Counted from the first letter of the stretch, positions 7,192-16,418 are shown. The stretch: 24,000 nt of DNA from an uncultured Leptolyngbya sp. (GCA_964431105.1 CAYSIR010000036.1:1-24000), one strand, 5' to 3'. Numbers and translations: made by a program. Notes: generated by a model from the sequence alone, not told the origin.

Positions 7192-8472
7192 GTGAAAGTA
7201 TTAGTAGTTGGGAATGGCGGACGCGAACACGCCTTAGCTTGGGCACTGTTACAGTCGGATACAGTGCATGAAGTTTTTTGTGTACCGGGAAATGGCGGAA
7301 CGGCGCAACTAGCCGGATGTCGTAACATTGCCATGTCGGTAGTGGACTTTGAGGGGATCGCCCGCCTATCACTGGTAAATAATGTTGGACTGGTGGTGGT
7401 CGGCCCGGAAATACCCCTCGCCCAGGGCATTGCCGATTATTTGCAAAACGAAGGTATTAAAGTTTTTGGCCCTACTCAGGTCGGCGCACAAATCGAGTCC
7501 AGCAAAGCGTGGGCGAAGGCGCTGATGGAAACAGCCCAGATTCCTACAGCCGCCTACCAGGTTTTTAGAGACGCAAAACCGGCGATCGCTTTCCTCGAAA
7601 CGGCGGACATTCCCATCGTCATTAAAGCGGACGGGTTGGCAGCCGGAAAAGGAGTCACGGTAGCCACCACAAAAGCAGAGGCGATCGCTGCCGTAGCTGC
7701 CGCCTTTGAGGGCAAGTTTGGCCAAGCAGGGGATCAAGTCGTCATCGAAGACTGTTTAGCTGGGCAAGAAGCCTCTGTACTGGCAATAACCGACGGCATT
7801 TCTGTGCGTCCGCTCCTGCCCGCCCAAGACCATAAATGCATCGGGGAAGGAGATACGGGCCCCAATACCGGCGGCATGGGAGCCTATGCTCCAACTCCCA
7901 TCATCTCCGAGGCAATGATGGATCGGATTCAACGAGAGATTTTGGAACCCGCGATCGCTGCCCTACGAGAACAGGGCATTGACTATCGGGGCGTGTTGTA
8001 TGCTGGGTTGATGATTACCCCACAAGGCAATCCCAAGGTGATTGAGTTTAACTGTCGCTTTGGTGATCCCGAAACTCAAGCCATTCTGCCCCTGCTTGAA
8101 ACCCCTCTCGATAAGGTATTGCTCTCCTGCGTTGAACAGCGCCTCTCCCAATTGCCTCCCCTCGACTGGAAACCCGGATTTGCTACCTGTGTCGTCGCGG
8201 CGGCTGATGGGTATCCCAATTCTTATACAAAGGGCCATCCCATTACTGGATTACAGGCGGCTCAAGAAACAGAGGCAATGGTGTTTCACGCCGGTACAAA
8301 GCTCAGCCAGGGCAGGCTATTGACAGATGGGGGGCGCGTTCTGGGCGTGACCGCTATTGGAGACACTCTACAAGCATCGATCGCACAAACCTATGAAGCG
8401 ATCGCTCAAATCCAATTTGAAGGAATGTATATCCGATCAGACATTGGGCACCGCATCTTAAATCAGTCTTAG
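7192..8472 (+). CDS. purD: Phosphoribosylamine--glycine ligase (GAR synthetase)
   Basis: 426 aa. The N-terminus MKVLVVGNGGREHALAW is canonical PurD. ATP-grasp core motifs are present: GPNTGGMGAY and IEFNCRFGDPETQ. The GTG start at 7192 has GAGAGG (7176-7181) upstream. Confidence 0.95.
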   Translation: MKVLVVGNGGREHALAWALLQSDTVHEVFCVPGNGGTAQLAGCRNIAMSVVDFEGIARLSLVNNVGLVVVGPEIPLAQGIADYLQNEGIKVFGPTQVGAQIESSKAWAKALMETAQIPTAAYQVFRDAKPAIAFLETADIPIVIKADGLAAGKGVTVATTKAEAIAAVAAAFEGKFGQAGDQVVIEDCLAGQEASVLAITDGISVRPLLPAQDHKCIGEGDTGPNTGGMGAYAPTPIISEAMMDRIQREILEPAIAALREQGIDYRGVLYAGLMITPQGNPKVIEFNCRFGDPETQAILPLLETPLDKVLLSCVEQRLSQLPPLDWKPGFATCVVAAADGYPNSYTKGHPITGLQAAQETEAMVFHAGTKLSQGRLLTDGGRVLGVTAIGDTLQASIAQTYEAIAQIQFEGMYIRSDIGHRILNQS

Positions 8473-8499
8473 CCCGGTTTTGCAGCGATGGAACCGGGC
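8472..8499 (+). other. Perfect 8-bp stem / 12-nt loop hairpin immediately at the purD stop codon (no U-tract)
   Basis: gcccggtt (8472-8479) pairs with aaccgggc (8492-8499). The following sequence, agcgaatggg, lacks a T-run, so this is not a canonical intrinsic terminator. Confidence 0.3.
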
Positions 8500-8700
8500 A
8501 GCGAATGGGCAACCAAACAGCAGCCAGAGCAATCCATCTCTCAGGCGATCGGCAGCCAACGCCGTGCCTCCTTCAAAACACTCAAAACCATTGTGCGAAA
8601 AAGACTGCCGCTAGTATTGATATGATGGAACTATTTATGTGCTAGGGTTTGTGTCGTTTTACGGTTGATTGCATCCATTACGGCTGACATACCACTATCT

Positions 8701-8729
8701 TTGTTAGCGTATTCTGCTAGCGTGATAAT
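8701..8729 (+). promoter_or_regulatory. Candidate sigma70-type promoter for the sensor kinase gene
   Basis: -35 TTGTTA (8701-8706), an exact 17-nt spacer, and -10 GATAAT (8724-8729). The implied TSS is about 25 nt upstream of the GTG at 8762. This is a pattern match only. Confidence 0.35.
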
Positions 8730-8761
8730 CACAGATTGAATTTTGCTGTTGTTTCCTTCAT

Positions 8762-10774
8762 GTGACGAACGCCTTGTTTGAATTACTTGGTCAGCTTAGA
8801 GAAATTGTTGCCCGCTGGTGGTCAGAGTTTACGCTGCAAACGCGCTTGATGGCAGCCGCGACGCTTGTGGTGTCGCTACTGATGAGCGGGTTGACCTTTT
8901 GGGCCGTCAACAGCATTCAGCAAGATGCCCGCCTCAACGACACACGCTTCGGTCGAGACTTGGGCTTACTCCTGGCTAGCAACGCCGCCCCCCTGGTGAG
9001 CGAGGGCGATCGCAGCCAGCTAGCTCAATTTTCCCATCGGTTTTACAGCAGCACCACCAGCATTCGATATATGCTCTACGCCGACGAAGATGGCGACATC
9101 TTCTTTGGCATTCCTTTCTCAGAATCAGAAGTTCAAAACTCATTGACCATTCAGCGCCGGATGCAGTTGCCGGAAAACTACGCTGAAAACCGCAACAGCC
9201 CTATGGTGCGTCAGCATCTCACACCCAACGGCGAGGTGACGGATGTATTTGTACCCCTAGAACACAATGGACAGTATCTCGGCGTGTTGGCGCTGGGGAT
9301 CAATCCCAACCCAACCGTCGTCACCTCATCACACTTGACCCGTGATGTCACGATCGCAGTCTTCGTCTCAATTTGGGTGATGGTAATTTTGGGAGCCGTA
9401 TTCAATGCCCTGACCATTACGAAGCCCATCAAAGAACTCTTGGTTGGGGTCAAAAATATTTCTGCTGGTAACTTTAGGCAGCGGATTGACCTGCCCCTTG
9501 GCGGTGAATTGGGAGAACTCATCCTAAACTTCAATGAAATGGCGGAGCGGCTGGAGCGCTATGAAGAGCAAAACATTGAGGAGTTGACTGCTGAGAAAGC
9601 CAAGCTAGAAACGCTGATGTCTACCATTGCCGATGGGGCTGTGTTGCTAGATGACCAGATGCGGATTGTGTTGGTCAATCCGACCGCTCGCCGAATTTTT
9701 GCCTGGGATGAAGAATCGGTTCTGTGTCAACCTGCATTGCACCACCTGCCGCTCTCCGTCAAAACTGAATTGGCCCAACCGCTTTACCAAATTGCGTCAG
9801 GCGATTTTTTATCCAACGCATCGGGCGATCGCGAAGGCAGCGAGTATCGCATTTATATTCCTGAACCGGTTAATCGTACAGTCCGGATTTTGCTCAATAC
9901 CGTGCTGGATCAATCTCGTGCCCATGTTAAAGGCATCGCCATCACCGTTCAGGACATTACTCGCGAGGTGGAACTTAACGAAGCCAAAAGCCAGTTCATC
10001 AGCAACGTTTCCCATGAGTTGCGAACGCCCCTGTTCAACATCAAGTCTTTTATTGAAACGCTGCATGAATATGGCGAAGAGTTGACCCATGTGGAGCGCC
10101 AGGAATTTTTGGACACGGCTAACCGTGAAACCGATCGCCTGACCCGGCTAGTGAATGATGTCTTGGATCTTTCTCGGTTGGAATCCAGTCGTCGATATCG
10201 CTTTGAAGCGATCGAGATCGGTCAACCCATTGAGCAAACCCTGCGCACCTACCAGCTTAATGCCAGGGATAAGGGCATCGAGCTGCTGCAAGAGATTGAG
10301 CCAGAACTGCTCCCCGTCATTGGCAACTACGACCTGCTGCTACAGGTTTTTGCCAACTTGGTGGGCAATGCGCTGAAGTTTACAGAGAGCGGCGGCAAAG
10401 TCGTGATCCGTGCCTATGAGCTACCTGTTCATGCTCACTATCAAGGCAATCAGTATATACGCATTGAAGTGTCTGACACGGGGATCGGCATTGACCCAGA
10501 CGATCAACGCGCTATTTTCGATCGCTTCTTCCGGGTTGAGAACCGAGTGCATACCCTAGAAGGCACCGGGTTAGGGCTGTCAATTGTGCGAAACATTATG
10601 GAGAAGCATCACACAGCCATTAACTTGGTCAGTGAGGTCAGCATCGGAACGACGTTTTGGTTTGACCTCATGGCCTGCCCAGATGAAGCGCCAATTTTAG
10701 AAGATCTAGCCGGTGGCGTACCGACTGCTTCAGCTACAATGACGGCCCTCAGCCCGATGTTACCTGAAGCCTAA
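8762..10774 (+). CDS. nblS: Two-component sensor histidine kinase of the NblS/Hik33 (DspA, Ycf26-like) type: two TM segments, HAMP, PAS, HisKA, HATPase_c
   Basis: 670 aa. The N-terminal WWSEFTLQTRLMAAATLVVSLLMSGLTFWAVNSIQ matches my recollection of NblS/Hik33 N-termini. A second hydrophobic segment (VTIAVFVSIWVMVILGAVF) is followed by a HAMP-like region. The H-box is SHELRTPLFNIKSFIETL, the N-box GNALKFT, G1 DTGIGI and G2 GTGLGLSIV. Length is as for Hik33/NblS (about 660 aa). The GTG start is tentative. Confidence 0.85.
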   Translation: MTNALFELLGQLREIVARWWSEFTLQTRLMAAATLVVSLLMSGLTFWAVNSIQQDARLNDTRFGRDLGLLLASNAAPLVSEGDRSQLAQFSHRFYSSTTSIRYMLYADEDGDIFFGIPFSESEVQNSLTIQRRMQLPENYAENRNSPMVRQHLTPNGEVTDVFVPLEHNGQYLGVLALGINPNPTVVTSSHLTRDVTIAVFVSIWVMVILGAVFNALTITKPIKELLVGVKNISAGNFRQRIDLPLGGELGELILNFNEMAERLERYEEQNIEELTAEKAKLETLMSTIADGAVLLDDQMRIVLVNPTARRIFAWDEESVLCQPALHHLPLSVKTELAQPLYQIASGDFLSNASGDREGSEYRIYIPEPVNRTVRILLNTVLDQSRAHVKGIAITVQDITREVELNEAKSQFISNVSHELRTPLFNIKSFIETLHEYGEELTHVERQEFLDTANRETDRLTRLVNDVLDLSRLESSRRYRFEAIEIGQPIEQTLRTYQLNARDKGIELLQEIEPELLPVIGNYDLLLQVFANLVGNALKFTESGGKVVIRAYELPVHAHYQGNQYIRIEVSDTGIGIDPDDQRAIFDRFFRVENRVHTLEGTGLGLSIVRNIMEKHHTAINLVSEVSIGTTFWFDLMACPDEAPILEDLAGGVPTASATMTALSPMLPEA

Positions 10775-10777
10775 GCG

Positions 10778-11380
10778 CTAGCGCTGTAGCCCGCTGGGAA
10801 CACTCGGCACCCTGGGAACCGCCGGAGATGCTGGCGCGATCGCATCAGCCGACTGGTTTGGAATATAGCGATCGGCAGTGGGGGCTGATGGGGCAGCGGC
10901 AGCGCTCGGCTCATTTTCTAAAATCTCCCCAAACGATTGAGATGGGATAATTTCGCGCACATCTTCACCGCTAGACGAGTCTAGATCGGGGTCGCGAATG
11001 CGACCATCGGGCATCACCAAGCCCTCCATTCTTGCTCCTGTAAATAACGCCGGAATGGACATCCGCGCCCCTTCAATGCTGGCATTCGTGAGATTTGAGA
11101 AACTCAGGTCTGCGCCATCTAAAATGGCTCCATTCAAAATCGCCCGGCGTAGGTTCGCGCGGCGCAGATTAGTGTTAGAAAGATCCGTTCCCAACAAAAA
11201 TGCGCCGGGGAGGTAAGCATCGGACAAGTCTCGACCGCTCAGGTCAGCTCCCGACAAGTCGCAGGACGGGCAAGCCCCTGTCTCTAGCAGGCGGTCAACA
11301 TGATCTTGATTTTGAGCGATCGCAGCCCAGGGCGCAATGACCAATCCACTCAGGGCGATCGCAACTGCTTTCAGTAACAT
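10778..11380 (-). CDS. Pentapeptide-repeat protein with N-terminal signal peptide (lumenal/periplasmic type)
   Basis: Consecutive A(D/N)LXX-type pentapeptides: DLSGADLSGRDLSDAYLPGAFLLGTDLSNTNLRRANLRRAILNGAILDGADLSFSNLTNASIEGARM. I prefer the ATG at 11380, with AGGAG 5 nt upstream (plus-strand ctcct at 11386-11390), giving the signal peptide MLLKAVAIALSGLVIAPWAAIAQ. The ORF-track start at 11410 is the alternative. Confidence 0.8.
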   Translation of the reverse strand: MLLKAVAIALSGLVIAPWAAIAQNQDHVDRLLETGACPSCDLSGADLSGRDLSDAYLPGAFLLGTDLSNTNLRRANLRRAILNGAILDGADLSFSNLTNASIEGARMSIPALFTGARMEGLVMPDGRIRDPDLDSSSGEDVREIIPSQSFGEILENEPSAAAAPSAPTADRYIPNQSADAIAPASPAVPRVPSVPSGLQR

Positions 11381-11485
11381 CTTTTCTCCTGACCTTTTCA
11401 AACTATCCATTCCACGCCTAGTTGCTCGTGCCGTTCCCGATCAACTGCACTGTCCATCAACCATACCCGATGAATGGGGAATTGA

Positions 11486-13342
11486 TCAGGAAGATAGACG
11501 GGACTTCGATGGCGTTGATTTTTTGCGGCGAGTCGATTTACGAGCCGGAACGGTTTCTGGCGGCTCCTTTTCGTGACTAGACTCTAGCGGCGCAGACCCG
11601 GCCGTAGGCTCCTCTGTCGCAGTTTGGCGCAGGGATTCTGCAAAGGCGATCGCTTGTGAATCTGTTTTGCCGCCTGCAAGCTGAGCCAGTTCTTCTAGCC
11701 GCTGCTGTTCATCGAGTAGCACCACACGCACGACAGTCCGTACATCGTCATCAGCACGGCTAGATTTTTTGGAGCGCGATCGCGCATGGTCTGGGTCCAC
11801 CACTTCTTTGTTGACCCGCAAATGCAAATCCGCCTTAGCCGCAATAATCGGCTGGTGTGTTACACACAACACCTGGTGATGCTGGCTAAGCTGGTGCAGT
11901 TTATCTGCGATCGCTTGGGCTACCCGCCCCGATACCCCAGTGTCAATTTCATCGAACACCATCGTTCCCACCGAATCCACCTGAGAGATGCAGACCTTTA
12001 GCGCCAGCAGAAACCGACTCATCTCACCCCCTGATGCAATCTCAGTCAGCGGTTGTAGCGGCTCACCCGGATTAGGACTCAGCATAAACGTGATGCGATC
12101 GCTTCCGGCAGCGGTCGGGGCGATCGGAGTAAGGTCTACCCGAAACTGCACTTTCTCCATCGCCAGCGGCTTGAGTTCATTCAGCAACAGGTCTTCCAAA
12201 CGATGGGCAGCGGCTTGGCGCAAACGGGTCAGCTCTCGGCTAGCGGTCACCAATTTATCCTGCTTGGCTTGATAATCAGCTTCCAACACGTCCAGCGTCT
12301 GTCCACCATCGCTGAGCTGTTCAAGGTCGGTTTGCACCTGCTGACCATAGGCGATCGCCTCCTGTAGAGTAGGGCCATACTTGCGGCAAATTTGCTTTAG
12401 CTCTGAAATGCGAGCTTCAACCTCTAGTAACCGGGCAGGATCAGCCTCCAGCGTTGCCGCGTAGGCATTCATTTGCCGACCAGCCTCTTCCACCTGAGAC
12501 AAAGCGCTGCTCACCATTTCTAAAATAGGCTGCACCTGATCGTCATACTCAGCCATATCGCTCAACAGCCCTTCCGCCTTGCCCAACAAATCCGCACAGG
12601 CATTCGCCCCATCGTTCTCATAGATAGCTTCGTAAACCGCGTAACTATTTTGCTGAAGTTCAACGCAATGGTTCAGCCGTTGCTGCTCTTGCTGTAAGTT
12701 ATCTAGCTCCGCCGGATCGCTGAGATTGGCCTCAACCAATTCCCTTGCTTGATACTCAAACAAATCCAGTTGTTGAAGGCGCTGCTGTTCAATTTGTCGG
12801 CGCTTTTCTAGAGCTTTCAGGGCATCTTGGGCTGTTTGATAGCGATCGCTCACCACCTGCTTTTGCTGCAGTAGCTCGGCTCCGCCAAACCCGTCCAGCC
12901 AGTCCCGCTGCAAATTGGCCTGCCTCAGTTGCACCGTTTGTCCTTGAGCCGTAATTTCGACCAGGTGCGCCCGTAGGGATTGCATCTGCTGTTTGTTCAT
13001 CACCACGCCATTCACGCGCGATCGACTGCGAACGCCCCCCCGCGATGCGGTCAGCTCCCGGCTACAGACCAGTGAGAGTTCATCAATTAAATCAACATCC
13101 TGCTCAGCCAGCCAGCGCATCAGCGATGGGTTAAGGTCAAACGTTGCTTCCACCAACGCCCGCGCCGAACCAGACCGCACAATGCGACTACTCACCTTGC
13201 CGCCCAGAGCCGCATCCAGCGCATCCAAAATGATGGACTTACCGGCACCCGTCTCACCGGTCATCACATTTAGACCGGCCGCAAAATCTAGCGTTAATGA
13301 ATCAACTAGGGCGAAATTTTCAACTTGCAGAGACGTTAGCAT
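11486..13342 (-). CDS. recN: DNA repair protein RecN (SMC-like ATPase)
   Basis: The N-terminus MLTSLQVENFALVDSLTLDFAAGLNVMTGETGAGKSIILDAL carries the Walker A motif. A long coiled-coil middle follows. The signature motif is ASGGEMSR and Walker B is MVFDEIDTGVSG. The 618 aa include a basic, S/K/R-rich C-terminal tail. Confidence 0.92.
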   Translation of the reverse strand: MLTSLQVENFALVDSLTLDFAAGLNVMTGETGAGKSIILDALDAALGGKVSSRIVRSGSARALVEATFDLNPSLMRWLAEQDVDLIDELSLVCSRELTASRGGVRSRSRVNGVVMNKQQMQSLRAHLVEITAQGQTVQLRQANLQRDWLDGFGGAELLQQKQVVSDRYQTAQDALKALEKRRQIEQQRLQQLDLFEYQARELVEANLSDPAELDNLQQEQQRLNHCVELQQNSYAVYEAIYENDGANACADLLGKAEGLLSDMAEYDDQVQPILEMVSSALSQVEEAGRQMNAYAATLEADPARLLEVEARISELKQICRKYGPTLQEAIAYGQQVQTDLEQLSDGGQTLDVLEADYQAKQDKLVTASRELTRLRQAAAHRLEDLLLNELKPLAMEKVQFRVDLTPIAPTAAGSDRITFMLSPNPGEPLQPLTEIASGGEMSRFLLALKVCISQVDSVGTMVFDEIDTGVSGRVAQAIADKLHQLSQHHQVLCVTHQPIIAAKADLHLRVNKEVVDPDHARSRSKKSSRADDDVRTVVRVVLLDEQQRLEELAQLAGGKTDSQAIAFAESLRQTATEEPTAGSAPLESSHEKEPPETVPARKSTRRKKSTPSKSRLSS

Positions 13343-13413
13343 AAGACTACCTGGTATCGTGCGGTTTCGTATGAGCAGTCGGCTATCAATACGAATACAC
13401 TCGTTCTAACTAA

Positions 13414-13442
13414 AATCTACACTTAGTACCCAGGTACTACAA
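13414..13442 (-). promoter_or_regulatory. Candidate recN promoter (-35 TTGTAG, 17-nt spacer, -10 TAGATT on the minus strand)
   Basis: The minus strand reads TTGTAG (13442-13437), a 17-nt spacer, then TAGATT (13419-13414). The site is about 70-100 nt upstream of the recN ATG (13342). This is a pattern match only. Confidence 0.35.
13424..13439. promoter_or_regulatory. LexA-box-like perfect palindrome TAGTAC-CCAG-GTACTA
   Basis: Fits the cyanobacterial LexA box consensus RGTACNNNDGTWCB at every position (A-GTAC-CCA-G-GTAC-T). It overlaps the predicted -35 and spacer of the recN promoter. recN is a classical SOS gene in many bacteria. Confidence 0.5.
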
Positions 13443-13628
13443 GGATTTTTACAACAGGATTTCTGATGGGTCGTGAACTGACAATCTAGGCAATCCATGG
13501 GCAATCTAAGAGGGCGGTATAGCCAAAAATTGGACGCGGGGGATTTCTCTCTTGCGAGACATACCGTGACTAAGGCGATAGTTGTTACAATGCTTAACGT
13601 ATAGGGCAAGTCAAATGCTGGTGACGGC

Positions 13629-15743
13629 GTGCCGCGCCGTTTTGACATCAGAGCCAACTGTTTTTTAATGCCTCAACACCCTTCATTCTGGACAAATGTT
13701 ATGCAGACCGCTTCTTCTCCGACTGATGCCAATCGCCGTTCTACCCAAACGGTGACGGTTGATAGTCAGTCTGTTGTTGAGCTTAAACATCGTCCGAAGC
13801 CTTCTCCGAAGCCTTCATTGAATCATTTACCGCCTCAGCTTTCAGATGTCATTGCATCGGATGCGCCGGATGAAGAGATTCGCTACGACCCGGATGCGAT
13901 CGCAGATTATTACCGGGGTCAATGGTGGTTAGTGATTCGTCGCATTTTTGCGATCGTGCTGCCGTTTGTGTCCTTTGGGCTGGGGCTATGGTGGGATCGG
14001 CTTCGGGGGCGCGCCATAGAAAACCAGCGGCGGCGAGCCGTTCAGCTTCGGGAAATGTTGACCCAGCTCGGCCCTGCTTACATCAAAGTTGGGCAAGCCT
14101 TGTCCACCCGCCCAGACCTTGTACCGCCCAATTATTTAGACGAGTTGACGCAACTTCAGGATCAACTCCCGCCATTCCCAAACGAGGTAGCCTTTCAGTT
14201 TATTGAAGAGGAACTGGGCGATCGCCCCGAAAATATTTACGCCGAAATTTCTGATCATCCCGTTGCCGCAGCGTCGCTCGGTCAGGTATACAAAGCCCGT
14301 CTCAAAACCGGGGAGCAGGTTGCCGTTAAGGTACAGCGTCCGGGATTGGCTCGACGCATCACCCTAGATCTCTACATTCTGCGTCGGTTAGCAGCCTTCG
14401 CTACCAACAACATCGACATGGTTCGCAGTGACCTTGTCGGCATCATGGATGAGTTTGGCAGCCGCATTTTTGAGGAAATGGACTACACCCAAGAAGGGCG
14501 CAATGCGGAACGGTTTGCCAAGCTGTATGGGCAAATGAAAGACATCTATGTGCCTAGCATCTACTGGGAATACACGCAGCGGCGGGTCTTGACCATGGAA
14601 TGGATCGTTGGCACAAAGCTGACGCAGGCGGAAGCCATCCGAGAGCAAGGCATTGATGCAGCATATTTGGTGGAAGTTGGGGTGCAGTGTTCTCTACGGC
14701 AGTTGTTAGAGCATGGATTCTTTCATGCTGATCCCCATCCAGGCAACCTATTCGCCACACCGGAAGGGAAGCTGGCGTACCTCGACTTTGGTATGATGAG
14801 CGAGGTCAAGACCTACCAGCGCTACGGGCTGATTGAGGCGGTTGTACATCTGGTCAATCGTGATTTTGAGGGGCTGGCGCAGGATTACATCAAGCTTGAG
14901 TTTTTGTCGCCTGATACGGATCTAACGCCCATTATTCCAGCCTTTGCGGATGTGTTTACCGATGCGCTCAGCGCCAGCGTAGCGGAAATGAATTTTAAGA
15001 GCATTACCGATCAGCTATCTGCGTTGATGTATGAGTACCCGTTCCAGGTTCCGGCTTACTATGCCCTGATTATTCGATCGCTGGTAACGCTGGAGGGGAT
15101 TGCTATTAATATTGACCCCAACTTCAAAGTTTTGAGCAAAGCCTATCCCTACGTGGCGAAGCGGTTGCTGACGGATCAGTCTCCAGAGTTGCGATCGTCG
15201 CTACAGGATTTGCTATTCAAGGACGGAGATTTTCGCTGGAACCGTCTCGAAAATTTATTGCGGAATGCAAAAAGCAGTCCAGATGATGATTTCGATAATG
15301 TGCTAAGCCAAACGGTTGAGTTTTTATTCTCGGAACGTGGGGCATTTATTCGCGATCGCATTTCATCGGAACTGGTTAACATTCTGGATAATCTAGGTCG
15401 CACAGCCCTCGATCGCACGACGGCCACCCTACGGCAGTGGATTGGTCTGAAGGAGCAATCCACGGCTGTGACAGAACCCCATCGCCAATCGGCTGAACTA
15501 GAGCACATAATACGCATCGTCAGTCTTTTGCGGGATACGTCCGGATTCAATCCGATGCAGGTTGCCGAGGTGCTGACCAAAGTGGTGGTCAAGCCTGAAC
15601 TGCATCAGATGGGGCAGCAGATTGCCGGTGAATTGATCCAACGCACGATCGCTCGTTTGATTCGTGAGATGATGCTGGACGATCCTCAGAAGGAGGATTC
15701 GCCTGCCTCTCAGACGCGATCGCTCCCTGCGGCTGGGTCATAG
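13629..15743 (+). CDS. ABC1/UbiB (AarF) family atypical protein kinase
   Basis: Diagnostic ABC1 motifs: AAASLGQVYKARL, VAVKVQRPG, FFHADPHPGNLF and LDFGMM. The start is uncertain: GTG 13629 (ORF track), ATG 13668 or ATG 13701. Confidence 0.85.
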   Translation: MPRRFDIRANCFLMPQHPSFWTNVMQTASSPTDANRRSTQTVTVDSQSVVELKHRPKPSPKPSLNHLPPQLSDVIASDAPDEEIRYDPDAIADYYRGQWWLVIRRIFAIVLPFVSFGLGLWWDRLRGRAIENQRRRAVQLREMLTQLGPAYIKVGQALSTRPDLVPPNYLDELTQLQDQLPPFPNEVAFQFIEEELGDRPENIYAEISDHPVAAASLGQVYKARLKTGEQVAVKVQRPGLARRITLDLYILRRLAAFATNNIDMVRSDLVGIMDEFGSRIFEEMDYTQEGRNAERFAKLYGQMKDIYVPSIYWEYTQRRVLTMEWIVGTKLTQAEAIREQGIDAAYLVEVGVQCSLRQLLEHGFFHADPHPGNLFATPEGKLAYLDFGMMSEVKTYQRYGLIEAVVHLVNRDFEGLAQDYIKLEFLSPDTDLTPIIPAFADVFTDALSASVAEMNFKSITDQLSALMYEYPFQVPAYYALIIRSLVTLEGIAINIDPNFKVLSKAYPYVAKRLLTDQSPELRSSLQDLLFKDGDFRWNRLENLLRNAKSSPDDDFDNVLSQTVEFLFSERGAFIRDRISSELVNILDNLGRTALDRTTATLRQWIGLKEQSTAVTEPHRQSAELEHIIRIVSLLRDTSGFNPMQVAEVLTKVVVKPELHQMGQQIAGELIQRTIARLIREMMLDDPQKEDSPASQTRSLPAAGS

Positions 15744-15932
15744 GCTCAACCGGTCGCGTCAGCAATTTGTGCGCGGCATTGCCCTAGAAGCTGCTGTTGG
15801 ATTTCAAGCTCTTTCCCTAGGCGAAAGGACATGAGACTAACTCTTTTAGATAGCCACCTCTGGTGGGCTAGCGTCGGTTGGCCGATGCCGACCAGTTTCT
15901 AGAATGCATGGATCGTGTGTCGATTGTGCATC

Positions 15933-16418
15933 TTAGCAGGCTGATGACTGCTGCCCGTCGCTTTGGTCAGCCCTCAACTGAGCCGCGATCGCTTCTAGGC
16001 GCTCCTTGTCCTGCTGTAAATTTTTTTCAAGCTCATGAATTTGGTCGCGTCGAGCCTCCATTTCGAGCGCCCGTCGGCCCAGTTCTTGGCTTCGTAGCGT
16101 TAGGGATTGCCGCCACTGTTCTGCTCGATCCACCTCCTCTTGCAGCGCTTTGGGAGCCAGCCCCGTGCTGAGATAATCACTCACCAAATTGAGTACCCAC
16201 GGCAGAGCCGCTTCGACGTGCTGAACAGTAGTGCCATCCGCTACGTCAACCAGCACCAGCGAATCATGGTGATAGTTGGAGCGATCGCCTGCCGTCCATT
16301 CAATTTCAGTTGGTTTGGAAAGCACAGCCCAGGTATGCTCTGCCTTTTGCACGGCGAGCAGGCGCAACGTGGCAGATTCGCTATGTTCACCGTGCTGAAC
16401 CTGAGCTAAATGTCGCAT
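15933..16418 (-). CDS. Hypothetical protein with C-terminal coiled coil
   Basis: 161-aa ORF with an ATG start. The C-terminal half (EEVDRAEQWRQSLTLRSQELGRRALEMEARRDQIHELEKNLQQDKERLEAIAAQL) is heptad-like. From memory it resembles widely conserved cyanobacterial hypotheticals. It lies 330 nt downstream of valS on the same strand. Confidence 0.6.
   Translation of the reverse strand: MRHLAQVQHGEHSESATLRLLAVQKAEHTWAVLSKPTEIEWTAGDRSNYHHDSLVLVDVADGTTVQHVEAALPWVLNLVSDYLSTGLAPKALQEEVDRAEQWRQSLTLRSQELGRRALEMEARRDQIHELEKNLQQDKERLEAIAAQLRADQSDGQQSSAC

Noticed and set aside
15746-15832. 28-codon minus-strand ORF (MSFRLGKELEIQQQLLGQCRAQIADATG) between the ABC1 kinase and the 161-aa gene.
   Set aside because: It is too short, has only a weak Shine-Dalgarno sequence, and resembles no small protein family I know. 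It cannot be supported from sequence alone.
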